A DNA stretch of 64,000 nt, from assembly GCF_040938485.1 (NCBI RefSeq), contig NW_027271309.1, forward strand, positions 372,001 through 436,000, read 5' to 3'. Positions 39,568-52,483 of this stretch are shown in pieces. Within the stretch, counting starts at the first letter, position 1. Each line of letters starts with the position of its first letter. The translations under genes were made by a program, and so were the position numbers. The DNA is from Diadema antillarum (lineage: Eukaryota). The notes beneath the pieces were generated by a model. It ran no database searches, was not told where the DNA came from, and was given only the letters and a program-made list of their open reading frames with translations.

Positions 39568-41640
39568 CTGCGACAAAGAAACAGGGAGATGCGGATGGTT
39601 GAAAAAGCAGAACATATTGTAACAGAAGACAAAGGTTACAGTCATTCGTTGACAGAAACTATTTTCGTCATCCTGATCTCCACACTTAGTAAAATGCATG
39701 AAAACGATTCTTGATTTCTTCACCATTTTCATTTACACAACAATATGGGTACCAATATGAGCTTTACTGGTTTCCAATTAAACAATGTTCATATAACAAA
39801 GTTAGCTTGGCTAATCATTATGTGGATTCTAGTTTCTGAATCTATAACTCAAAATTTCCATATGTACTTTACATCAATGCATAACTGTAATGGCCTGACG
39901 ACAATGTCTGTAAGATAGAATCATGACAATTTTCTCCCTTGAAGTTGTACGAACAAGATCTACAAGATTCACTAAGAAAAGGTAGCGTGGTGTACCTTTT
40001 TTTTCTTCTTCCAGACTGATTCAAGCAATCTTGAATGACATTCCGGAAATATACACTGAAAGCAAGTTGATGCCAACATTGCAGTCATTAAACAGAGCTC
40101 CCAACCATCAACAAAGTACATTGTGTTAATACTTAATTTGATTATGTGCTTATGACAATCATATCCTGCTTAATATATTCTCATCAAGTGAAGGTTTGAT
40201 AGATTTTGTGATATCATATTTGTGATGTATTCCTTGACAAGCAAACAACATTTGCCTAACAACTGTATGTCTGTCTAACCGATTATACCGAGAGATATAG
40301 GATGTATCATCTCTCTATTTCTTAAAATATGGAATGTTAAGGTTTCAATGTCATGCACACAGCCAGCCCAGGGGCTAGTGGCCACAAGGCAAGCCATCTC
40401 TCCGCCGTGATTTACGGACTCACTTTTGGCAAGCATTTTTATGATGGCAATAGGATGTTGCAGGCATCCCAGGCGCGCTGCTATGGCGACAAGAGCAGCG
40501 GAAGTTTTCACGGCTCTCAAGAGGGGAGAGCGAGGGGAGGAATTCCACACTACATGATCTATCACACCACGGGGAGGAACGACACAGGAGGAAGCAACAC
40601 AGATTCCACAACAAAACAGCGGAGGGAGACGCACTGATCTCTCCAACATACATCCGTGTGGTAACGCGTGACCATCTGGGACTGGTCACATGTGCCTAGA
40701 ATGGGTGAATTATTGACAAGTTCCCCACAAATGTTGCATATCTGCATTGGTAACGGCTTTGCATTAACATATTACGATGTCACGTGCCTGAAGATGAAGC
40801 ACTAGGTGGTCATCGTCCATCTTTCTACTTAAAGGCAAAACAGTTCTCCAAATGCCTGCAGAATCTGTTGATATTTGCTCTAAAATGGTTACACAAGCAT
40901 GAGAAATGACTGAAATAACACTCCAATAATACAATATCAGCTGGGTAATGACAAAAATGCAGAATATTAGCCAAAAAGGTACTCTAACTGTAATGCAATC
41001 TTAGAACATATCGAATCATGGTTACTTTGTCATGTTTTGAAATTGATTATCAATTATCAACAAATAGGGCCATAGCAGTATCCATCCATCTTTCATGCAA
41101 GAGTGAATTGCATGCAGATTGTTGTGAAATACGAATTATATGGCACAATCAATCATCACATATGTTCTATCTACCCACTACTGAATGGGAAAGGCTTTTC
41201 AGGAATAAAAACTGTGTACTACGATCAAAATAGTTGTACACTTTTGATCTCAAAATACTCCATAAGAACTCATTAAATGGCAAATTGAGTCATCCAGATA
41301 TGTTTCTTGGTAAACCCTTTCGATATATTGCAAGCAAATTCAAAAAGGTGGAAGATGAATTTTGAGCCCTTTTTAGAACTATTTTGGTTTTAATGATGTA
41401 GATAATCACAATAAAGAAAGGGACACAATGCCACAAAGACTATTGTTGGTTAACTTGTTGTGGAAAAGCATAATCACTTGAATAATATCTGCTGAAGCAA
41501 GCAGATACCAAGTTTGGCTATTTTGAGACACCCTCACAAGCAAGATAATCCAATTGTGAAATAACTGTTTGAATTAATCTCTACAATAGAGAAGACTGCA
41601 TCATGAACAAGATAACATAGGACCAAGCATTGTGTGGGTA

Positions 41641-41709
41641 GGAATTAGAAAGAGCATCATAAGGGGAAGGAATTCGAAAGAGCATCATAAGGGAAGGAAT
41701 TAGAAAGAG
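41641..41709. repeat. 27-28-bp tandem repeat, about 2.5 copies
   Basis: ggaatt(a/c)gaaagagcatcataaggg(g)aa repeated. Confidence 0.9.
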
Positions 41710-42627
41710 TGTTGGAAGATCAAATGTTTGTGAATTGAGGCCAATCTGACTTGTCATGGGCATGAGTCAGATGCTTGATGGTCTCATTACCCATCCAGGT
41801 TAATATGATACTATGAAAACGATAACACACGCATTAGAGTTGATGCATGCCTCAGATTAGCGGTCCCACTACTGCTGGAATTCACCGAAACCACTCAAGA
41901 GCCATGAATGAAAAGACAGGGGGGAGGGACGCACAGGAAATGAACGGCAATCGCTCGGAGAAATTTGCGAAATGGATTCCACGTCCAGGATGCATAATCA
42001 GCTCTGATTTTCTGAATGTGGAACTTCATGGGACCACAGTGGTTGTGCAAGAGTCATGAATAATTTTTAACTGCTTTCTCGACTGCATTTTACTTTGAAA
42101 GTTTATCCTTTGAATCATCTGTATGAACTGTGTTATGTATGGTGTAGTTCAACTACATTCTTAAGTACTGGCTGAAAATAATGAATATAGAATTATGTGT
42201 ATAACCGAAAATAAAACAAAACAAAACAAAACAACAGAAAAAACAAATAGAATTAAGCTTTACTTTCAACCTTGTTATGGAAGTAAAATATGGCAGGAAT
42301 TTACCTGATGATAAATATGCTGGAATAATCTGAACAAACACTATCAAATTAATCCTACATCAAATCAGAAAGAGATGAAGGATGGGAGCCAAAAGAAGGG
42401 GGGGGGAGGGGAATGCAGGTAAAGATCAAGGGAATAACAACAGTGTGGACCAATTGAGACCAGAGAAGAAAGGGTTCAGACCACGGAAGTAGGGTCATGA
42501 GGAGAACAGGGCCCCGTTTTATCAAAAGATATAATCGATTATAAATTTCTTTACCACACATGCTGCCATAGACTTACCATCGAAATCAACTATATAATCA
42601 ATTATAACTCTTCATGAAACAGGGTCC

Positions 42628-43054
42628 AGACCTGGTAGGGAGCAGTAAAGGACCTAGTAAGAAGTATGGCAAAGTAAGGAGGGGTAAGGACCTGGTTGGG
42701 AGGTGGTAAGGGGCATGGTGAGGAGGGGTAGGGACCAGGTCAGGAGGAGTAGTGACCTAGTATGGAGGAATGAGGACTAGCGGAAGGGGAGGGAGTGGCA
42801 GCGATATGGTCAAAAATAGAATACGGACATAGTGAGAAGGATAAGAACATGGTGAGGTGGGGTAGGGACCTGTCAAGGAGTGATGGGATGGGATGGGTGG
42901 GATAGAGGGACATGGCAGAAAAGAGGAGAGACATGATATGTAGGATATGGTAAGAAGGAGAAGAAACATTGTAAAGTGGGGTAGAGACCTTATCGGAGAG
43001 GGCAGGACCTACTATGGGGATGGAGGGACTAGGTCGGGGAGGAGTGGGACCCCC
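42628..43054. repeat. Degenerate G-rich minisatellite (~18-bp unit, GG(G/T)AGGGACCTGGT-like)
   Basis: Recurrent ggacct/ggacca/ggacta/ggacat cores preceded by ggggtag or ggaggag. Confidence 0.7.
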
Positions 43055-46000
43055 ACACAAGTAGAAGAGAGGAGAGAGGATTTCCGTCAAAAGTTGGAGA
43101 TTCCTGCCCTCAAGTCCTTCAGATTCTGCGCCTCCCTGTCTCTTGCCACACTCCCGAGTTCAAGAGTTGTGTCAATTCTTTCTCTGGTGGTTATCCATCA
43201 TGTTGGATTGGGGGTGGGGGAGGGGGGGTAGGAGGATTGAAATCTAATGCTTGCTCGCCATGGTGTATGTTCACATCCGATACTCGGCAGACGTAACGAT
43301 CCTCTGAATTGGAGAATGAAGCGCCGGAAAACCGCAAACCGGGGATGATTACGGAAGTCGAGCAAACTCGCGTGGTTCATCTTCTTTTTCCAGGAAACTG
43401 CTGCCAGCACGAATGCATAGTTGGCTGTCATCGTACGGAGCTTGATTGATGCATTTCCCCTCTCTTGACCCCATTATGGCCTTTCAAGATTTGTATGTAC
43501 CTTTAATTGCATTTTAACTGGATTTCTAAATTTTTTTTTTTCATCAGTAGGCAGTGTTGACATTACTCAAGATTACCTAAGTATACAGAAATCACGTCTT
43601 AAACTGAATGACTATAATTCAGCATTGCTTTCAGACATGTTACTTTAGCCCAAGGCAAAAATGATCTACACTAATGAACAGACACCTGGTCAATTATAGA
43701 AGGGAAGAGTTTAAATGCTCTCATGTAAAAATCATATAGCCTACATAAAATGCATATACACAATAATCTACATAAAATGCATACATCAGGGATGATATTG
43801 ACTTTTGTTGAAGAAATCAGATCAACATTTTCAGCTGATTTTGATACATGGAAAAAGCAAAATGTGTCCTACACTTGAGAAAAAAAAAATCTGAAATCAG
43901 ATTAAATCTACAGACTATCATGCCTGATATATATATGCATAGACTACTTTTTGTCCCCTATTCATAGCACACCTTAACTGAATTATGTAAAACTTTGCCA
44001 TAAATCATAACATATTGGATACTGAAAAAGCGGGACAGAAGGACATATATTCAGTGGTTAAAAGGCCTAAAGTCATTAGGGCTGGATTTTCCTCCATCTG
44101 AGCAGCAGCGCTCAGAGAAAATTGTGCAGATTGCGTAGAATGTTGGGTATGTGAGCAACGTGAACCCATCGGACCCTTTGCTGGCTGGATGCGGGGAGAG
44201 CGCAGGAGGAGGAGGGGGAGGCACAAATTTCTAATACCAACTGATTTACGGGATGTTTGCACGAGCAGGAAGCAGGCAGCGGAGAGGGACAGAGAGATGG
44301 AGAAGGAAAGACACGAGACAGAGGTGGAAGAAAACAATAAGAAGGTGGAGGGGTGGAGGGAGCTCAATGGAGGAGAGATGGGCGAGGGAGGGAGGGAGAG
44401 AGGGAGAGGGTGTGTGCGTCAGGGAGAGCACTACCCTGGATATCTTGGACAAATTGTAGCAGCTAGATTCCTCATCATTCCAGAATCATCTCTGTCCCTT
44501 CTCGGCTTGTAAGATGTTTATATCTTCTCTCTGTTTACTCATATTCTTTGAACATGACTGCCAGGAGACATGCACCAGCTCTTGGAATGCTTCCACGATT
44601 TCATTCCCCATTCTGATGGCGCATATCTGCTTTTTTTTGCTTTGTTTTTTTCCCCGACTCCAAAAATTTTGATACGTTGGTATGCTGACTTTCTGTTACT
44701 CAAAGACAAGATCCACTCCATTCATCTTTTCATTTCATTTTGGTGAATGTAACACAATGCTAGGGTATTAAATAACTGCGCACAAAGGTGGGAAAATTTA
44801 CTATGCAGTTTATCTGGTCTTCCATGCTTCATACCAACATCAACATAAGCAATAGAAAGATTCCCGAAAGGGGGGGGGGGTAGTGGGTTATTATCGTTTT
44901 GTTTTGTTTCGTTTTTGATGACACATCAAGTGACATAAGACACAACTTCTCTCACTGACATGTAATTAATCTGGTTCACAATTTGAAGCTTGGCTGAGGG
45001 GACATTAACAAGTCAACACATTCTGGTGATTGAATTTTATACAAACATCAATTGCTTGGTAAAAGGAAATCTCTAACACTGCAGCAGTTTGTGGTCTGTG
45101 CTGCAAACAAATGTTTCTACACTAGAAAGTGGAGATAAGCAGTGAGGTAACCATTTCAGAGAAGCTTTCTAAAACTGTATTAAACATCATACCGGGGTGT
45201 GGCAAAAAGAAGAATGTTGACAGGGGTTGAAGGTATGAGCTGTGAGAGGGCTGTACAATCTGAATGCAGTATATCCACATCTAATGTAGACAACCTGCAG
45301 TAAATTTGTCCAAAATGTCCTAGAATGGTTCATCGTCTGGTGGTAGGTCAACTTACTGTATTGCCTTTTTATGACCACTTCCTACTTAATGCAGATGTTT
45401 GGAAGTACACGATCTCACTTCATGCAACATGTAATTAGCGAGTATATCATGACAGAATAAAAAAAGATGAGTAAATGCTATGCCTCTCTTTCTTTTTTCC
45501 TGTGTTTTAAACCTGAAGTCTTTGTAGATTCAATGCTGACTGTATTTTGTACAACAGATTACCACAATAACATACAAAGAATGAAAGAATTGAAAAAATA
45601 GTGTGATTGTACATTTTTGGATGGTCTTGATGGGAGACTACCATTTACCCCTGAACATTTTCTGCCTTTAATTTCTCGAATCAGTGAAAGTCAGTCACCG
45701 GGAAAAGCAAGTCAAAACATTTGGTCACATCGTGTATCCCACCAAAGAGTTCGTCTAACGACATAACGTATCAGGCTACTCCAGATGAACATTCCAGCTG
45801 GCCAACAATCATTACGCGAAGCAAGTGTGGGCAGGGAGCGAAATTTTGCGGGAGAGGAGTGAGTCGATCCGAACAATCATGCGGGCAGAAACGCCATATG
45901 GCACAGACAGAGAGTTTGGTGTGTAAGCCAGCTGACACACCTGTCCAGTTTGAGGCTAAGATTGCATCCGCAGCATCGTGATTCCTTGTACAGTGGTGAC

Positions 46001-46626
46001 AGTCCCCTCCCACTCCACCACCTTCCATTGTGCTCCACAATGAGAAGATTGTATCAGAGAAGAGCACTCCCCCACCATTCATGCCCCCCTGCTTTCCGTG
46101 TGTACACACATCACAATGCTGAACAAAAAGCCACTTGAGGCGTTAACACACAACTGTTGACGATAAGTCACGCCAGCTGTCTTCCACCACAGGGTCAAAG
46201 GCAGGCCAATCAATACGGATGGCTCCTGCTTGACGTATTGACTAAGAGTCCATAACTAAGTCTACAGGAAACTATATGCCGCAGGACATCTCTAAATTTG
46301 ATACATCATCCGTTCCTTTTTCATACTTGTCGTGATGAATGTGAGGTATTTCGCATCAGATTTTGCAATCATCCATTAGAGCGAGTTTGAAATATATATG
46401 AAACTCTCATTAAATGTCTAATCAAGAACATACACATATGTCCAGTCACATTTCCACTCCCCGTACGCAAAAAAAAAAAAAAAAAAAAGAGAATAATCAG
46501 TGCAATTGTTCTGTCATCATCATCCCATCTTCCTTGAAATGAGAAAAGGGATTACACCTTCATAAAAGCAGTCATGCTCACGTTAAGATGCACATCACCG
46601 ACGCCATGAGAACTGTAGTGACTTAC

Positions 46627-46756
46627 CGTCGCCCTCTGTTGGCTGGCTGGGAGAGGCTTCATCAACGATGAGGAGACCATCGTTGCTATTTTCATCCTGG
46701 GGCACAGGGGTCATTGTCAGTGACCGCGGTTGGTTGCTCTCACTACCGACTGATAC
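46627..46756 (-). CDS. Internal coding exon (130 nt, phase 0-1) of the same gene
   Basis: Acceptor cttgcaaactccag|GTATCA and donor GACG|gtaagt. Open frame VSVGSESNQPRSLTMTPVPQDENSNDGLLIVDEASPSQPTEGD joins exon 39567-39373 in frame (G+AC = Asp). Confidence 0.8.
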
Positions 46757-47187
46757 CTGGAGTTTGCAAGATTACATATAATATAAGATGGTGAAAACTT
46801 AAACCCCACAATAAAACAAAATAATTGAACTTGAAAAATCACTTGAAAGGTAACCAATACCTACCATTTCATGTGATCACAGCTTGTAACACATTTTAAA
46901 AAACAACAGCTTTAGATATGAGTAAGATATGAATCAGAAAAAGATAACTGTAGCAGGGTGAAAAACATACTTCAAACAAGTTAAAATATGCAGCTCTTTT
47001 TGAAGTTAATCTTGACAGAATCATCTATGAGCATTACAGAAGTAATACCACATTAATGAGATGACCATGTGGGTAGGATGTCATGTATTTCTGGACAGTT
47101 TTGAAGCAATATAGTCCATTTGCTTTCTTTTACTTGGATGAATACTATGAAATGCAACCTGGGAATCATTGGTAGCAGTATTTGTAC

Positions 47188-47375
47188 TACTGCAAAAATG
47201 GATATTTTCGCGGGACTAATTTTTCACGCTCTGCCGGGCAAGAAGAGTTTCGCATGTTTTTAATACCGCGGAATCAAGACATCAATTACAGGAAGATACG
47301 GCAAAGCAAAAATATTCGCGTGCTTTTATTTTTGTGCTAGTTTCTGGTTGCGCGAAAATTTTTACTTTTACAGTA
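47188..47375. mobile_element. TA-flanked MITE with TACTGT...ACAGTA ends (Tc1/mariner-like by TA flanks)
   Basis: Left TACTGCAAAAATGGATATTTTCGCG versus right-end reverse complement TACTGTAAAAGTAAAAATTTTCGCG (20/25). Confidence 0.7.
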
Positions 47376-47959
47376 CTTTGGTGTTTTTTACAATTTTTTT
47401 TTAGTCATTTACCTTCTTGTGGCTTTTAATGGCAAAAAAAAAATGCAAAAGAATATCAGAGAAAACATTTGTAGTGGTCATTTTGGTAAGTTGTAAAATC
47501 ATCTTGCCTTCCAAAGGTTTTACATTTCAGGGTCCTCCTTGTTCACACTTGTTACTTTTACATGCAGGAAAACATATTTGACTTATGTCTCTGCACATTT
47601 CCCTTTTGATGTACTTTGTTCATATCAATAATGTATGACAGTATATTTTTTTTAATGTTTAATACTTTTAAGACCAATACTTGACTACACACAAACATCC
47701 TCTCATTCTTCCTCATAACTCTACACACTATTCTTCTTTGCATCTGCTCTTCCCTTTTCTGATACCTCATATTTCTATTTCTGTCCAAATTTCATTAATT
47801 TTTTTCAACCTTCTCTCTTCCTTTTATTTCCTATATCATTTCTTCAATTTTTCCTTTTAATCATTTTCTCTATTACTTTTGCTCAGGTTCTTCCTTTAGA
47901 TACCCTTCTCTCAAGAGCCTTAATCATTTTTTGACTACTCTTTAGAGAGTAGTTATATG

Positions 47960-48330
47960 AGCTAATGTGTTAGGGGGACATCTAATTGGGACGTGGTGCT
48001 TCATTACATGTTGAATCAACAGTCCTTGAAATAGCTCTCGCCAACTATAGCTCATCAAGCGTGATGTAAGCATAATCCATTATCTCTCCAACAAGAGTCT
48101 TGTACTATTACGTCTAGCTTAGATGATCAGCAAAGGAGTAATTAAGAAATAACGGATACATCTCTTCACATGTGTCACTCTTATCAGCAATGGACACCTC
48201 ACTCAACAATTCTACACATTTCTTTCTCTCATCAAGAATGAGAGCTAACAACTGCGCATTCTTTTCATCCCCAGGAACGTCAAATGATGACTTAAATGGG
48301 ACATCTTTCCTAATGAAGCCAAGATGGTAG
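47960..48330 (-). mobile_element. Possible decayed LINE ORF2 linker/domain-0 fragment
   Basis: A long stop-poor frame includes FLNYSFADHL and ITLDEL*LARAI..NEAPRPN*M (cf. ITxxELxxAI..KAPGPDxI). Confidence 0.3.
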
Positions 48331-51300
48331 TCTGAGACAGTGAGAGCCGGGCAAGCAGAATGATTAATTCTTAATGATCGCCCTTTTCGGAGGGGACCCT
48401 GGGATGCTTGCTTGTTTGATACTGGTGATAATTAACTCTCCTCATTCCAAACTCATTGCACTGAATCCCCCGTCTCCAATGACGACAATGTTCGCAGTGG
48501 CCGAGTAAACAGAAAAACAAGACCACGAGGAATGAAAGAAAAGCAGGGAGCGAGAATGTGACAGCACCGTTTATTCAGCTCGGGCCGTGTTGCCCCTCAC
48601 GAGGAAGTCCCCGCGTCCTTAATGAGAATATAATGACAGACACCGCACCTGGGAATTAGGGCTCCTCAATGGGACGATAGTGACTTGCGGTTCTCTGCCG
48701 GCAGTAAGAATGTGACCATTAGGGCAAATGAAACATGAATGAAAGCTGATAACGGAGACATGTCCATTCATCTCAAGTCAATTACAGGGATTCCACTTGC
48801 GCATGTTCTAAAACAGGACTGCAGCATGGCGGGGGGTGGGGGGGGGGGGGGGGGACGGGAGTCACGTTTCACCTAAAAGCCCCTCGAAATGGACAAAGCT
48901 CGGATGATAAGTACTTCATCGGGTAGATATTCCATACACTTTGCTTCTTCTTCTTTTTGTCTGTGGTTGTCACTTTATCTGTCTTATCTATTCATTTAAT
49001 TATCAGCAAACAGCACTTTTTCTTTCCTGGAATAGGATAGCACAGCTGAGATGGAATTGATACTGAACTAAGCATAACCTCTACTACACATACCCACCAC
49101 TTGAGCAAATAATGGCCTACTACATCCACTATGACTAGAATGCCTGAACTTAAATGATGCATCTTAGTACGTTGCACAAAAGAGTATCTGTGCTCTCCTT
49201 CAGTTCAGAGAAGAGTAGTTAACGCCTACTCCGAACTTCCTAAAAGCAAATACAGCATGGACAATGGCAATTCTGCTCTTTCCTTTTTGGTACTGTTCGC
49301 CTCTTTACTTGGTGATCAAAAGTCCCATTAAATCAATTCTACTTTATTTGCATTTCACTGCGGCTGGAAAAAAAAGGCACAGAGGATGCAATGAATGGAA
49401 TTGGGAAGGGTAGAGGGGACGATAGTGAGTGAGTCCTCGACTGGGCCAAAAGGAGACGACGATGATGATGATGATGAGGAGGAGGAGGAAGAGGAGGCAT
49501 GGTCCTTACTCGAATGCTCAGAAGCGTGCCAGTTCGTGACGAGCATCCCAAAGTCCCGATGTGGTAATAAACAAAGGAGAGCTGACTTGCGAGTCAAGAT
49601 GCATCGCGGACGGGGAGAGGGCGGCAGAGAGCGAGATGGAGAGGGGGGGAGTCCATTTGAATCTGAGCGAGGGCAGTGAGACGAGGCAATACCTCCCCCA
49701 TCATTCAGCCTTGATTGCTAGGGTAAACACAATGTGAGACGGCAACATTCGTGCCCCCCTACTCGAAGGAGAAACGATAGAATAAATCAGCTGCCATGGT
49801 GTGTTTGAAGAAAGAGAAATGATGGTGAGGAGAGATGCGCCAAATGCGACGGAACTCACTTCTTTGGTCTCTCTCCCTCTCTGTCTCAAATATTTGCTGA
49901 AAAATTAAAGGAATGACATATTCCAAACCTGCAGAACCATCTGCTACAACCGCAATATCTCTTGGTTCTCACGCAGCTCCTACAAGGCAAATCTTATGTT
50001 GCAGGTACACGCTGAATTTCAGTAATAAAATCCTAAATATATCATGTTGCAGAAACTGCCCAAGCCTTCCTTCACATTACAGAACACACAACAAAATGTC
50101 ACTGCACCATATGAAATAAAGACATAGGCTCACTGGCAATTGAACTGTATATGTTTTCTGTGCTTTCTCTCACTCTCACTGTAATGACATCAAAACAGAG
50201 ATCTCACCACAAATGCTAGAAAAAATTTGAGGGTATTTCAAATGAGAAATATCGCAGATCTTTAATGACCCAAAAAAAACACCCATGGTGCCATAAGTCT
50301 TAGTGTCCCAAAGATTAGTGCGAGTATACCTTTAACATCCACCATCTGGCACTCTGACGTAAACCCGGGGATGGCGCGGGATCCCGGAAACCGATATCGT
50401 GCACTAAAAGATGTAATGCGATGGTATCTACGGCAACACACACATGAAAGCATGCGACCCAGACAAGACCGAACATTGGTAGCGAATCAAGACATTAACC
50501 GATGGCTCACTTGTTTTATGAAAAAAAAAAAAAAAAAGAAAGAGAGAGAGAGAGAAAAAAAAAAAAAAGAAGCCAAGTCATTGTTTGCACGTATGATCAA
50601 TTTTCCTTGAAAGTGAGATTTTCATATCAGGCATCATCTAGCTTGGATGGATGGGTGAGGGGGCTGATTTTTCTCCTCATTATCTTTTCTTTGTTTCTGA
50701 TCACATGAAATTTTCTCATTGTCACGGTAAGCCAGGCTAGACTCATTAGTAATACTGTCAACTCTGTGGTCAAGTGTGCTCACCATCCGATCTCTGCTTC
50801 ATCTCACTCATGGAGATACGGGCATCTTAGGCTACCCGTACCAGGTGCCTTTTATAATGATTAGGCGTGCCTGGATTGTTCAAACATTGCTTTGTCATAA
50901 ATCTTGGGTTTTGTTTTATTCCGTTGCAATCAGACAATCTCTGAGCCAGGAGTAACTGTACATAGAAAGAAAGCATTTATTCGGGTTCAGTATTTTCAGA
51001 GACACAAAAATAAATGACTTTATATGTTAGCTATCTGAATTGAGCAGGCACAACTTGGTGGGACAAAAGAAGGAGCAGAAACTTGAGCAATTCTTTGGCT
51101 AGATAAACATGGCTTAACCTGATATACTTTATGACATCATACAGACAAGGGATATTTGAAGTAATAATACACATTTTTTTTTTAAAAGAAGAAAAGGAGA
51201 GAGAAGACGTGGGAAAACTAGAAAGTATGAATGAAAAGAACATTTCATCAAACGTGGATAAAACAGAAAGATATAGGTCTGAGTGGATGAATAGAGGTTC

Positions 51301-52337
51301 ATGAGATGATAAAAAAAAAAAAATGAAAGACTGGAAACATAAAGTAAGATTGTAACAAAGAAAGCGGGGAGGGGAAACAGACAGCAAGGAAAGGAAAGGG
51401 AGGAATTGAAACGTACTGTAATACTTCCAGAAAATATGGCATGGAGTGAGCTGTGATTCAATGCACCTGGGCCCTATGCAAACAGTCCAGTGAGACGTAA
51501 GGGACCATTCCCGGACTCACATGCACACACCTTCTTCAAATTTCACTGGAAGTTTTTCCCCTGCAGCAGGGAGTGTCCTCCTCACTCTCCCTTCTCGGCA
51601 ATTCGGTGTGAAACAGCCTAATGCTGTAGATACAGGGCACTGCGGAGGGGCTAAATGTGTGTACTTAGCACATTGATGCTATAGCCCTGGTGTGGGGAAA
51701 AGGTGTGCTATTTTAAGGTGTTTGACCGGTAACACTTTTCACATACAGGCAGGTCTTCAGTGCTCTCGCAACAGCACTTGACAGAATACCAACGCGTGGA
51801 TTAAAACAAGCTTTATCAGTACATTATACACATTATAATGTTTACTTCAGACTACATAACTCTGCAGTTTGAATTGATTTTATACAAAATGTGGTTGACT
51901 CAGAAATTCCCACAAATTATCTGAATAATTATCAGAGTGTTTGCAGGAGTTTTAAGTCTTCTAACAATTAACATTTCACTTGGGCATGTAGACTGCATTT
52001 AATTTCCAAAATGTCAGAGCTCAATGACATACAGGTTTGTATAGTGCTTATAATACCCCAATATTATATACCCCAATTTCCTCATTGTTCATTTAAAGAA
52101 GAAATAAATAGAATGTAAGATATCAGTAGCGGCAAGTTGTGACATTTGGACAGCTGCATTTATTTTTGTGTGTACATGCCTGCTTTAGTGGTCATTAAGC
52201 TGTAAGGGATTATACCTCAAATCCACTATTACCTTGGTTTGGTTTCAGTGTCTTGGTGCTCATTTTGTCCATTTCGATGACAAACTTCTGCTTAGCAGGC
52301 AGACATTTCTGATTAGTGATGTGCAATATTAAACCTG

Positions 52338-52483
52338 AGCGCCGTTTCATAAAATATGTTATCGGTGACAAGTTGTGATAGTTGTTAAAAGCTGCGGAAA
52401 TCCTTCCATCTGATTGGCTGAGAGCAAATTTGTCAAGGAAATGTGGCAGTTGTCACTGACGGCAGGTTTTATGAAATGGGATC
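52338..52483. mobile_element. Short MITE flanked by CTG (Harbinger/PIF-like by its 3-bp CWG TSD)
   Basis: Left agcgccgtttcataaaa versus right-end reverse complement gatcccatttcataaaa. ctg at 52335-52337 and 52484-52486. Confidence 0.55.

Noticed and set aside
49395-49679. ORF with a D7E7 acidic run
   Set aside because: A compound (GAY)n(GAR)n trinucleotide tract in low-complexity DNA, with no splice or homology support.
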